DNA of 42,929 nucleotides from Bacteroidales bacterium UBA3382 (GTDB lineage Bacteria > Bacteroidota > Bacteroidia > Bacteroidales > UBA932). The stretch covers positions 1-42,929 of the forward strand of contig DEPW01000115.1 in the NCBI GenBank assembly GCA_002358965.1, in the 5' to 3' direction. Position 1 is the stretch's first letter, and each line of letters starts with the position of its first letter. The notes beneath the pieces were generated by a model. It did no database searches. It was not told where the DNA came from and worked only from the letters and a program-made list of their open reading frames with translations. Positions 18,901 through 27,995 of the stretch are shown here, piece after piece. A program made the translations under genes and the position numbers.

Positions 18901-19905
18901 ATGAAACAGGTTGAAAAAATAAGTATTGCAAGCGTCCCGTTTTCAATTGAGAAAGATGCTTATGACAAGTTGTACGCTTATCTTGCGGATATTAACGCAC
19001 ATTACAGGGAAGCGGCCGGAGGAAGCGAAATCATCGAAGGCATTGAGGAAAGGATGGCCGAACTGTTCAGGGAGAAGACTTCCGATGAAGGCGTGGTAGG
19101 TATGGCGTTGGTCGAGGAAGTGATCAAAAGGCTCGGAAGGCCTTCCGATATGGATACCGAAATGCCTCAGGAAGGCAAGCGCCCTTCCGTGTCGAAGAGG
19201 CTTTACAGGGACATTGACAACAAACTCTTGTTCGGAGTATGCAGCGGGCTTGCCGCATATTTGAATATCGACAAAGTATATTTGCGGCTGATATTTCTGG
19301 CACTGCTGTTCCTGGGGTTTTTTACCGATGGCGTGTTCTTCGGCGTGGCCTTCTTTGTCTACCTTGCTTTGGCGATATCGATGCCGGCGGCTGTCACTGT
19401 GGAGGACAGATGCCGGATGTACGGAGACAGTGTCGATATAGCCGGGATAGAAGACAGGATTAAGGGAAGAGCCGATTCCGGACGCCGTCCTGTCCGTTCG
19501 AAGCAGAGGACTTCCGCAGTGGCTTCGGTCTTAGTGAAACTGTTCGGGGCGCTTGTGCTGCTGATTGGTATTTCCGGCCTTGTCGCTGGCTCGTTGACGG
19601 CTTTATGGACGAATATGATCAATGATTATGTGCTGCATTGGGCTGATCCGGAGTTTATGGGACTGTACGAAGTCTATGTCCTGCCTATGGTCGGCAATAT
19701 ATGGTTCATGATTCTTTTGTACCTGGTGGTGCTGATTCCGTTCATCTTGATGATATACTGCGGACTGAAACTCATTTTCGGCTTTAAGTCGCCGAAATGG
19801 CATCCCGGCCTTGTGATGGTTTTCGCATGGTTGGCGCTGGTGATAACGATGCTGGTCGTCGTTTCCTGCAATCTATATGAGTTTTGGTATTTTTATAATC
19901 TTTGA
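18901..19905 (+). CDS. PspC domain-containing multi-pass membrane protein
   Basis: Same N-terminal domain (EKDAY..L..YL...IEERMAELF), KRLYRDIDNKLLFGVCSGLAAYL, plus about 3 additional TM helices. Confidence 0.87.
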   Translation: MKQVEKISIASVPFSIEKDAYDKLYAYLADINAHYREAAGGSEIIEGIEERMAELFREKTSDEGVVGMALVEEVIKRLGRPSDMDTEMPQEGKRPSVSKRLYRDIDNKLLFGVCSGLAAYLNIDKVYLRLIFLALLFLGFFTDGVFFGVAFFVYLALAISMPAAVTVEDRCRMYGDSVDIAGIEDRIKGRADSGRRPVRSKQRTSAVASVLVKLFGALVLLIGISGLVAGSLTALWTNMINDYVLHWADPEFMGLYEVYVLPMVGNIWFMILLYLVVLIPFILMIYCGLKLIFGFKSPKWHPGLVMVFAWLALVITMLVVVSCNLYEFWYFYNL

Positions 19906-19909
19906 TATG

Positions 19910-20707
19910 TCAGAAGATTCCGTAAATTGCGGAACCCGATCCTGACATTGACGCGTATGCCGCCCCTGCCTCGTAGAGCGATTCCTTGATTGCTTTCAGG
20001 GCAGGGTGCTTTTTGAATATGCTTTCCTCAAATCCATTGACTATGCGTCCCTTCCATTGGGTGACATCCAGACCGCTGACCAGGCCGTACAGGCTTGTTT
20101 GCGGCATCGAAGGCTTGACCCCGGAATATGCTTCGGCCGTGGATACGGTTATGCCCGGTGTGACGACTCCGATCCTGCGGCCGGGTATGGGGTTCTTAAT
20201 GGGTGTGAGGATTTCGCCCCGTCCCGTGGCCAGCATCGGCCGGTTGTAAATGAAGAAAGGAACATCGCTCCCGATACGCGCCCCGTGCGTGGCAAGTTGT
20301 CCGGGAGACAGTCCCAATGAGAATATTTCGTTAAGCATCTTTAATGTAAATGCGGCATCGGCCGAACCTCCTCCGAGTCCGGCCCCTGTCGGGATGCCTT
20401 TTGCGAGTACGATATCCGCACCAGTGAGGGGATAATGCGCTGCGAGTTCGTTGTAAGCCTTGATACACAGGTCCTTGTCTTTAGGCCACGAGTTTTCCGG
20501 CATGTCCCCTTCGGCTTTGTGTATCTTCAATGTCGCCAGTCCGTCCGTACGGGGCGTGATTTCAAGCCTGTCCTTCAGCTCTCCATCAAGGTAGCCGTAT
20601 TCTTCGGTCAGAGGTATGAAAACGGTCTCGATATCGTGAAATCCGTCTTCACGGCGTTTCAGGATATTGAGACCAATGTTTATTTTCGGATTGGGAAAAC
20701 CTATCAT
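19910..20707 (-). CDS. ispE: 4-diphosphocytidyl-2C-methyl-D-erythritol kinase
   Basis: PNPKINIGLNI..R.DGFHDIET, IPTGAGLGGGSADAA, GSDVPFF, MSGSGS. Start overlaps the nrdJ stop (ATGA). Confidence 0.94.
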   Translation of the reverse strand: MIGFPNPKINIGLNILKRREDGFHDIETVFIPLTEEYGYLDGELKDRLEITPRTDGLATLKIHKAEGDMPENSWPKDKDLCIKAYNELAAHYPLTGADIVLAKGIPTGAGLGGGSADAAFTLKMLNEIFSLGLSPGQLATHGARIGSDVPFFIYNRPMLATGRGEILTPIKNPIPGRRIGVVTPGITVSTAEAYSGVKPSMPQTSLYGLVSGLDVTQWKGRIVNGFEESIFKKHPALKAIKESLYEAGAAYASMSGSGSAIYGIF

Positions 20708-23235
20708 CCGCATTTCGAATATCCGCAGTCCATGCAGACGAGGCAGCCTTCCTGGTATACGAGGTTCTGTGAGCCGCATTGCCCGCATTTCTTGCCGGTT
20801 TCGTCTTTGGTGCCGTTAGGGATGTATCTCTTGAGGGCACGCTCGACGCCGTTTTTCCAGGTGTTGATAGAGTCCGAGTCGAGTTCCAGGCCCTGTACGA
20901 GGTTGAGGATATCGACTATAGGCATTCCGTTACGGATGACGCCGGAAATCAGTTTGGCGTAATTCCAAAACTCCTTGTTGAACATGTGCGAGATTCCGCC
21001 CACGACATTTTCGTATCCGTATTTGTCCATATAATGGAAGTCGTAACGGGATTTGCCTCCGTTAGGGTTTTTCTTCTTGACGATCCAGCCGTGGTCTATG
21101 GCGGTCGGGATGTGCCGGCTGTCGTCATCGACAAGACCTGTGAAGATTTCGTACGGACGGCCTTCCATCAGACCCACGAGGGCGATCCAGTTCTCCTTTC
21201 CGTTACGGAACCTTATGACATCGGCTTCGAGGGATACAGGCCTCTTCTGCGGATGGCGGTAAGTGTCTTTTTCCTTCTCCTTGTTGGAAACGAGTACGCC
21301 CGAACGAGAGCCTTCGCGGTAGACGGTGATGCCTTTGCAGCCTGATTCCCATGCGGTGCGGTATACTTTTGCAACCATTTCCTCCGTGATGTCGGAAGGA
21401 AGGTTGACGGTGACGCTGATGGAATGGTCCACCCATTTCTGGATTTCGCCCTGCATCCTCACTTTGGCTACCCAGTCGATATCTGCGCTCGTGGCTTTGT
21501 TGTAAGGGGATTCACGGACCAGTTCGGCGAGTTCGTCGGGAGTCATGTTCTTGACCTGTTCGATGTTGTAACCGGCTATTTCGCACCATGTCAGGAATTT
21601 GTGATGGAAGACATAGTACTCTTCGAAGCAGTCTCCCTGTTCGTCTTTGTACGAAATCCTGACATTCTTGTCGTTCGGGTTGACTTTCTTTCGGCGGGTG
21701 TAGAAAGGCAGGAAGACAGGCTCGATTCCGGATGTCGTCTGGCTCATCAGGCTCGTGGTGCCGGTAGGGGCTATCGTGAGCATGGAGATGTTGCGTCTTC
21801 CGTATTTCACCATGTCATCGTATAGTTTGCCGTCGGCTTCCCTGATGCGGCGTATCATAGGATTGTCTGCTTCCCTGCGGTAATCGAAAATAGGGAATGC
21901 GCCTCTTTCTTTCGCCATCTCGACGGAGCAGCGGTATGCTTCGACCGCAAGCGTTTTCTGTACTTTCACGGCGAAGTCTATGGCCTCGTCGCTGCCGTAT
22001 CTGATTCCGAGAGCGGCGAGCATGTCGCCTTCGGCAGTGATTCCGAGTCCCGTACGCCTTCCGCCCGAAGATTTCCTGCGGATCTTCTCCCAGAGTTCGA
22101 GTTCGGTCCTCTTTATGTCCATTTCCTCCGGATCGTCGGCTATCTTCTTGATGATAAGGTCGATCTTTTCCATCTCGAGATCCACCAGGTCGTCCATCAG
22201 CCTCATGGCCTTGCGCACATGGGCTTTGAACAGGTCGAAATCGAAATATGCCTTGTCGGTGAATGGGTCGATCACATACGAATACAGGTTGATGGCTATC
22301 AGGCGGCAACTGTCGTACGGGCAGAGCGGAATCTCGCCGCAGGGGTTGGTACTGACAGTCCTGTATCCTAAATCGGCGTAGCAGTCCGCTACGGATTCGC
22401 GCAATACGGTATCCCAGAAGAGTACTCCCGGTTCTGCCGATTTCCATGCGTTATGGATGATCTTCTCCCAAAGCGCGGAGGCGTCGATGTCGCGGCCGTA
22501 TTTTTCAGGGACATTGCCGTCTATGGGGAACCGCTGATGGTATTCTTTATGGTCGAGTGCGGCTCTCATGAACTCGTCATCGACTTTGATGGAAACATTC
22601 GCGCCGGTGATTTTTCCAGGCTGCATCTTTGCGTCGATGAATCTTTCCGCATCGGGATGTTTGATGGAAAGGGTGAGCATGAGGGCCCCGCGTCTGCCGT
22701 CCTGCGCAACTTCGCGTGTGGAATTGGAGTATCTTTCCATGAAAGGCACTATTCCGGTGGATGTCAGTGCGCTGTTCATTACCGGCGAGCCGGTAGGCCT
22801 TATGTGCGAAAGGTCATGTCCCACTCCTCCGCGGCGCTTCATGAGCTGTACCTGCTCCTCGTCAATCTTCATGATGCCTCCGTATGAATCGGCAGGATGC
22901 TCGGAGCCTATCACGAAGCAGTTGGACAACGATGCTACCTGATGGTCGTTTCCGATTCCGGCCATCGGTCCCCCTTGGGGGATGATGTATTTGAAGCGGT
23001 CGAGGAGTTCGAAGATCTCCTCTTCGGAAAGAGGATTGGGATAATTGTTTTCTATCCTTGCGAACTCTCTTGCAAGGCGGCGGTGCATTTCTTCCGGATT
23101 CCTCTCGTAAATATGTCCGAACGAGTCTTTCTGGGCATATTTGTTAATCCATACCGAGGCGGCAAGTTCATCGCCCTTGAAGTATTCCCGGCTACTTTCG
23201 AGGGCTTCGTCATAAGCGACAGTCTTTTCCATCAT
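20704..23235 (-). CDS. nrdJ: Adenosylcobalamin-dependent (class II) ribonucleotide reductase
   Basis: SLSNCFV, TNPCGE, TIAPTGT, SISVTVNLP, GCKGITVYREGSR and a C-terminal CxxC...CxxC GYSKCG tail; no adjacent nrdB. Confidence 0.9.
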   Translation of the reverse strand: MMEKTVAYDEALESSREYFKGDELAASVWINKYAQKDSFGHIYERNPEEMHRRLAREFARIENNYPNPLSEEEIFELLDRFKYIIPQGGPMAGIGNDHQVASLSNCFVIGSEHPADSYGGIMKIDEEQVQLMKRRGGVGHDLSHIRPTGSPVMNSALTSTGIVPFMERYSNSTREVAQDGRRGALMLTLSIKHPDAERFIDAKMQPGKITGANVSIKVDDEFMRAALDHKEYHQRFPIDGNVPEKYGRDIDASALWEKIIHNAWKSAEPGVLFWDTVLRESVADCYADLGYRTVSTNPCGEIPLCPYDSCRLIAINLYSYVIDPFTDKAYFDFDLFKAHVRKAMRLMDDLVDLEMEKIDLIIKKIADDPEEMDIKRTELELWEKIRRKSSGGRRTGLGITAEGDMLAALGIRYGSDEAIDFAVKVQKTLAVEAYRCSVEMAKERGAFPIFDYRREADNPMIRRIREADGKLYDDMVKYGRRNISMLTIAPTGTTSLMSQTTSGIEPVFLPFYTRRKKVNPNDKNVRISYKDEQGDCFEEYYVFHHKFLTWCEIAGYNIEQVKNMTPDELAELVRESPYNKATSADIDWVAKVRMQGEIQKWVDHSISVTVNLPSDITEEMVAKVYRTAWESGCKGITVYREGSRSGVLVSNKEKEKDTYRHPQKRPVSLEADVIRFRNGKENWIALVGLMEGRPYEIFTGLVDDDSRHIPTAIDHGWIVKKKNPNGGKSRYDFHYMDKYGYENVVGGISHMFNKEFWNYAKLISGVIRNGMPIVDILNLVQGLELDSDSINTWKNGVERALKRYIPNGTKDETGKKCGQCGSQNLVYQEGCLVCMDCGYSKCG

Positions 23236-23258
23236 GAGTTGTTTTTCGTATAGGAATA

Positions 23259-23275
23259 CAAAGATATATTATATC
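23259..23275 (-). promoter_or_regulatory. nrdJ -7 box overlapped by a 13-bp palindrome
   Basis: TATCTTTG on minus (23259-23266); GATATA-T-TATATC (23263-23275). Confidence 0.5.
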
Positions 23276-23297
23276 GCAACACGAACGAAGTGAAAAC

Positions 23298-23990
23298 TCA
23301 AATAGTTGCGAAAAAGTTATCAACATGTTGTTCAATACTCTCTTTTTCAATGTTTTCGGGTATCATGTCCATGATGGGGGAGATGAAAGCCCTGAGGAGC
23401 ATTTCGCGTGCCTGGCTTTCCGCGATTCCTCTTGAACGCATATAGAAGATTTCGTTCTCATCGAGTTTGCCGGCAGTCGCCCCGTGGGAGCATTTTACAT
23501 CGTCGGCGTATATTTCCAACTGAGGGAGGGTCTCGGTTTTTGCGTTATCGCTTAGAAGTACGCTGTGGCTCTCCTGGTACGCTTGGGTCTTCTGCGCGCC
23601 TGGCGACACTATGATTTTTCCGTGGAAGGAGCATTTCGCGTTTCCCGCCGCGATAGTCCTGAACGACTGGACGCTTGAACAGCCGGGGGCAATATGCCTT
23701 ATGTCGAGGCGTATGTCCGACATGTCGTCTCCGTTGCAGAGTATGGCTCCGGATATCCGGCATTCCGCGCCTTCTCCGGTAAGCCTGATGTCGCAGGCAA
23801 GGGTGAACCTGTCGTCGGCAGGTGATGCGGGAACGGAAAATATGATGATTTCAAGGTTCCCTCCTGCCTGGACTTCGATGTTTTCGGGCAGATGGCATCC
23901 GTATCCTGTCTCTGCGCCGTGGATGACCGGGAGTATGGCGTGTTCCCCGCTCCTTACCGTCAGTGCTGCTTTCGTGATATCGTCGTTCAT
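23298..23990 (-). CDS. sufD: Fe-S cluster assembly protein SufD (N-terminally shortened, about 230 aa)
   Basis: GAQKT.AYQ, PQLEIYADDVKCSHGAT.G.LD...FYMRSRGI; follows sufC. Confidence 0.85.
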   Translation of the reverse strand: MNDDITKAALTVRSGEHAILPVIHGAETGYGCHLPENIEVQAGGNLEIIIFSVPASPADDRFTLACDIRLTGEGAECRISGAILCNGDDMSDIRLDIRHIAPGCSSVQSFRTIAAGNAKCSFHGKIIVSPGAQKTQAYQESHSVLLSDNAKTETLPQLEIYADDVKCSHGATAGKLDENEIFYMRSRGIAESQAREMLLRAFISPIMDMIPENIEKESIEQHVDNFFATI

Positions 23991-23994
23991 GGCC

Positions 23995-24747
23995 TTATCT
24001 GTTGATGATCCAGTCGTAACCCCGTTCTTCGATTTCCTTGGCGAGCTCTTTCCCTGCTTCATAGACTATGCGCCCTGCGGCAAGTACATGGACTTTGTCG
24101 GGTACTATCATGTCGAGAAGCCGCTCGTAGTGGGTTATGACGATTGCCGATGTGTCCGGGCGTTTGAGACTGTTGACTCCGGCGGCAACGATTTTCATGG
24201 CATCGACATCCAGTCCGCTGTCCGTTTCGTCGAGTATGGCAAGTGACGGTTCGAGCATGGCCATCTGGAAGACTTCGTTGCGTTTCTTCTCGCCTCCGGA
24301 GAACCCCGCATTGACATCCCTTTTGGCGAAGTCGCTTTTCATCTGGACGAGCTGCATCTTTTCTTTCATGAGTTTGAGGAACTCGCTGCCGGTAAGCGGT
24401 TCAAGCCCTTTGGCCTGTCGGTGTGCGTTCACGGCGGCTTTCATGAAATTGGCATTGGATACGCCAGGGATTTCGACCGGGTACTGGAAGCTCAGGAAGA
24501 TGCCTTCCCTGCTTCTTTCTTCCGGCGACATTTCCAGCAGGTTCTTCCCTTTGAAAATGATTTCGCCTTCGGTGACCTCGTATCTGTCCCGTCCTGTCAA
24601 TACTGCCGACAGTGTGCTTTTGCCTGCTCCGTTAGGCCCCATTATTGCGTGTATCTCGCCTTCGTTTATGGTCAGGTCTATGCCTTTGAGTATCTCTTTG
24701 CCTTCGATGCTTGCGTGAAGGCCCCGTATTTCAAGTAATATTCCCAT
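23995..24747 (-). CDS. sufC: Fe-S cluster assembly ATPase SufC
   Basis: MGPNGAGKST, FQYPVEIPGV, GFSGGEKKRNE, LDETDSGLD, ITHY. Confidence 0.96.
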   Translation of the reverse strand: MGILLEIRGLHASIEGKEILKGIDLTINEGEIHAIMGPNGAGKSTLSAVLTGRDRYEVTEGEIIFKGKNLLEMSPEERSREGIFLSFQYPVEIPGVSNANFMKAAVNAHRQAKGLEPLTGSEFLKLMKEKMQLVQMKSDFAKRDVNAGFSGGEKKRNEVFQMAMLEPSLAILDETDSGLDVDAMKIVAAGVNSLKRPDTSAIVITHYERLLDMIVPDKVHVLAAGRIVYEAGKELAKEIEERGYDWIINR

Positions 24748-24768
24748 GTGTTAAAATGTTTTATTGGT

Positions 24769-26211
24769 TTATCCGACACTCCCTTCGAGCGATACCGAAA
24801 GCAGTTTCTGGGCTTCCATTGCGAACTCCATAGGCAGTTTTGCAAGGACTTCTTTTGCATATCCGTTGACTATCAGTCCTACGGCGTCTTCTTCGCTGAT
24901 GCCCCTCTGGCGGGCGTAGAAGAGCTGGTCTTCGCTGATTTTCGAAGTGGTCGCTTCGTGTTCGACTACGGCGTCCGGGCAATTGCTCTGTATGACAGGG
25001 AAAGTGTGCGCTCCGCATTTGTCTCCGATGAGGAGGCTGTCGCACTGCGAATAGTTCTTTGCGTTCACGGCGGTTTTCATGAACTTTACCAGGCCTCTGT
25101 AACTGTTCTGGCTGCGGCCGGCCGAGATGCCTTTGCTTACTATGCGGCTGCGTGTGTTCTTTCCTATGTGTATCATCTTGGTGCCTGTGTCCGCCTGCTG
25201 GAAATTGTTGGTAAGGGCGACGGAGTAGAATTCGGATACCGAATCGTCGCCTTTCAGGATGCTGCTCGGGTATTTCCAGGTGATTGCGGAGCCTGTTTCG
25301 ACCTGGGTCCAGAAGAGGCGGCTGCGGTTTCCTTTGCAGATGCCTCTCTTTGTCACGAAATTGTATATGCCTCCGCGTCCTTGCTTGTCGCCCGGGTACC
25401 AGTTCTGGACGGTAGAGTATTTTACTTCCGCATCGTCCAGCACTACTATTTCTACGACTGCCGCATGGAGTTGGTTTTCATCCCTCATCGGGGCCGTGCA
25501 GCCTTCGAGGTAGCTTACATAGGAGCCTTCGTCGGCTACGATGAGCGTCCTTTCGAACTGGCCTGTCCCTCTTGCGTTTATCCTGAAGTAACTCGAAAGC
25601 TCCATCGGACATCTGACCCCTTTGGGGATGTATACGAACGAGCCGTCGCTGAATACGGCGGAATTGAGGGCTGCGAAATAGTTGTCTGCGGCCGGCACTA
25701 CGCTGGCAAGGTATTTCCTTACCAATTCGGGGTGTTCCTTCACCGCTTCGGAGAATGAGCAGAATATGATGCCTTTTTCCGACAGTACCTGCCTGTATGT
25801 CGTGGTTACCGATACCGAGTCGAAAACCGCATCCACTGCCACTCCTGCAAGCACTTCCCTTTCATGGAGAGGTATTCCGAGCTTTTCGAAAGTTTCGGCA
25901 AGGGCCGGGTCTATCTCTTTGGGCCTGTCTTTGTCGCTTTTCGGCGCGGCGTAATACACTATGTCCTGATAGTCGATGGGCGGAATGTCCAGATGCGCCC
26001 ACTGCGGCATCTTCATGCCGCACCACCGTCTGTATGCGTCGAGGCGGAATTCAAGCAGCCATCCGGGCTCTCCCTTTTTTGCCGATATGAGCCTTATGAT
26101 GTCTTCGTTCAGCCCTTTGGGGATGAATTCCTGCTCCACGTCGGTGGTAAAACCGTGCTCGTATTCGTTCTCGGTTATATTTTTTATTATATCGTTTCCG
26201 GCATTTTCCAT
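24769..26211 (-). CDS. sufB: Fe-S cluster assembly protein SufB
   Basis: [53 protein letters not shown]. Confidence 0.97.
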   Translation of the reverse strand: MENAGNDIIKNITENEYEHGFTTDVEQEFIPKGLNEDIIRLISAKKGEPGWLLEFRLDAYRRWCGMKMPQWAHLDIPPIDYQDIVYYAAPKSDKDRPKEIDPALAETFEKLGIPLHEREVLAGVAVDAVFDSVSVTTTYRQVLSEKGIIFCSFSEAVKEHPELVRKYLASVVPAADNYFAALNSAVFSDGSFVYIPKGVRCPMELSSYFRINARGTGQFERTLIVADEGSYVSYLEGCTAPMRDENQLHAAVVEIVVLDDAEVKYSTVQNWYPGDKQGRGGIYNFVTKRGICKGNRSRLFWTQVETGSAITWKYPSSILKGDDSVSEFYSVALTNNFQQADTGTKMIHIGKNTRSRIVSKGISAGRSQNSYRGLVKFMKTAVNAKNYSQCDSLLIGDKCGAHTFPVIQSNCPDAVVEHEATTSKISEDQLFYARQRGISEEDAVGLIVNGYAKEVLAKLPMEFAMEAQKLLSVSLEGSVG

Positions 26212-26218
26212 AACGGTG

Positions 26219-26226
26219 CAAAAATA
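26219..26226 (-). promoter_or_regulatory. sigmaA -7 box of sufBCD
   Basis: TATTTTTG on minus strand, 7 nt before the sufB ATG. Confidence 0.6.
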
Positions 26227-26458
26227 CGAAGTTTTTCGAAACCCTGGAAAACATTTCCGCGAAAAGCGGAAGCCGGACGGACGGCTTTCCCGGACCGTTT
26301 GCCGGTGTCATGACGGGCTTCATGGCTTGCAACCAAAAATAATTTTTGGCTTTTTGAATATTTTCAGTAACTTGCAGTTTTGTGGCTGCGACAGATTGTA
26401 TCCCTGTACAGTCCGGCCGATTGTTATGTACTGATATTTAATTTAATACCTATTGCAG

Positions 26459-27931
26459 ATGAAGAAACGTTTTTACCTGATGACACTCGCTTTTTTTGCG
26501 ATTGCGGCAATGTCCGCGATTGTGTCATGTACGCCGCACAATACCGGTGAAGATGGAGACAGGGTGCCTCTTCCTTCCCCGGAAGTGTCGGTACGTGAAG
26601 CCGGAGAGACTTCTTTTTCCATAGTATGGAGTCCTGTTGCCGGTGCGGAATCCTATAATTACAGTTGCGATTGGACAGGGTACCGCACCGAAAATACCGC
26701 TGATACTTTGTTGTCGTTTTCCGGACTCGTGCCGGATTCCACATATAGGGTGAGGGTGTCGGCTGTTCCTGCTTCCGATGCGGTGATGTTTAAAGAGTCG
26801 CCTGCTGAGGAGGTAAGTGTTTACCTGGAAAGCAACGGGTCCGATCCGGAGCCTGACCCCGACCCTGAAGGCGACATGTTTACCATAGAAATGTATGATG
26901 ATCCGAGCAGCATGGTAGTGATCTATACGATTACGCCGGAAGATCCGCAGATGCTTTTTTACAGGGACTGTTTTACCGATGTCCAATGGAGCGAAATGGG
27001 AGGCAATTCCGAGGATGTGTGGGCCAATGCGTTGCAGGGATATATGGATTTCTTCGGAAGTTCGTGGCTGAACATGGTTGCCGAAACCGGGTTCGTGGAG
27101 TCTTTCTTCGACTATGTTTATGACGAGCATACATACATACTCGTGGCCGGTATAGATTCTCTTGGCAACCGCATCACTTCCGTCGTGGATACGGTGTTTT
27201 ATTCCGGACCGGTCCCTCCTTCGGACATTACTTTCGATGTGGAGGCCAGGGATGTCGGAATATCCAGCGCTGTGGTATGGGTGTATCCGTCCAACGATGA
27301 CACGTATTCCATGCTGCTTGTGGAAAGCGCGTCCCTCAAGGATTATTCGGAGGCGGATATTGAGGATTTGATCAGCATAAGCTACGGCGATTATATCAAT
27401 GACGGACATGTATACAGCGGCGAAATGAACATGACATACCGTGAAGGCCAACTGGAGCCTGATACCGAGTACACGGTTCTTGTCTTCGGATGGAATACTG
27501 CCTTGAGCACTGATGTGACGACGTATTCATTCAGGACTGAAAAGGCCTCGGGAAGTTCGGATCTTACTTTCGAATGGGAGATGGAAATACTCGGTCCGAC
27601 ACAGATACATGTTGTGGTGACTCCTTCCGATCCGGCTTCGCAGTATATGGTCGTTCCTATGCCCGACTATGATTACGAGGAGTTCGGCAGCGATATAAAC
27701 GCATACGTGGAATATGTGACGATGGGCATGATAACTCCTTATGAATATGCGAGGATGTTTGCGCATACCGGGACTACGGACAGGGTGTTCAATGATTGGG
27801 ACGACGGTATATATCCGGGAAGTTCGTACATGTTTTTCGCTGTAGGACTGGATTTGGACAACGAGTCGGAAACGGTTTCATTCTATGAACCGCAATTCTA
27901 TGGCGAAATGGTTACCACGCCGACCGAATAA
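26459..27931 (+). CDS. Acidic surface lipoprotein: FN3 domain + Pro/Asp linker + 3 FN3-like repeat modules
   Basis: Lipobox IVSC, FN3 signature W.PV.GA.SY...GLVPDSTYRVRV, DPEPDPDPE linker, repeated D(I/L)TF...V.P.D...Y.(I/V)(L/F).(A/F).G modules. Confidence 0.8.
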   Translation: MKKRFYLMTLAFFAIAAMSAIVSCTPHNTGEDGDRVPLPSPEVSVREAGETSFSIVWSPVAGAESYNYSCDWTGYRTENTADTLLSFSGLVPDSTYRVRVSAVPASDAVMFKESPAEEVSVYLESNGSDPEPDPDPEGDMFTIEMYDDPSSMVVIYTITPEDPQMLFYRDCFTDVQWSEMGGNSEDVWANALQGYMDFFGSSWLNMVAETGFVESFFDYVYDEHTYILVAGIDSLGNRITSVVDTVFYSGPVPPSDITFDVEARDVGISSAVVWVYPSNDDTYSMLLVESASLKDYSEADIEDLISISYGDYINDGHVYSGEMNMTYREGQLEPDTEYTVLVFGWNTALSTDVTTYSFRTEKASGSSDLTFEWEMEILGPTQIHVVVTPSDPASQYMVVPMPDYDYEEFGSDINAYVEYVTMGMITPYEYARMFAHTGTTDRVFNDWDDGIYPGSSYMFFAVGLDLDNESETVSFYEPQFYGEMVTTPTE

Positions 27932-27995
27932 ATCAAGGGACCGGATGATTTTGAATGATTGAAACTATTATGAACAATTTTAAAACGAAGTTATT

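Noticed and set aside
20704..23235. Intein or intron in nrdJ
   Set aside because: Length and motif spacing are ordinary; no C...HN/C splice junctions or homing-endonuclease motifs seen.
23236..23297. Cobalamin riboswitch upstream of nrdJ
   Set aside because: Only 62 bp of intergenic sequence, and no B12-box is visible.
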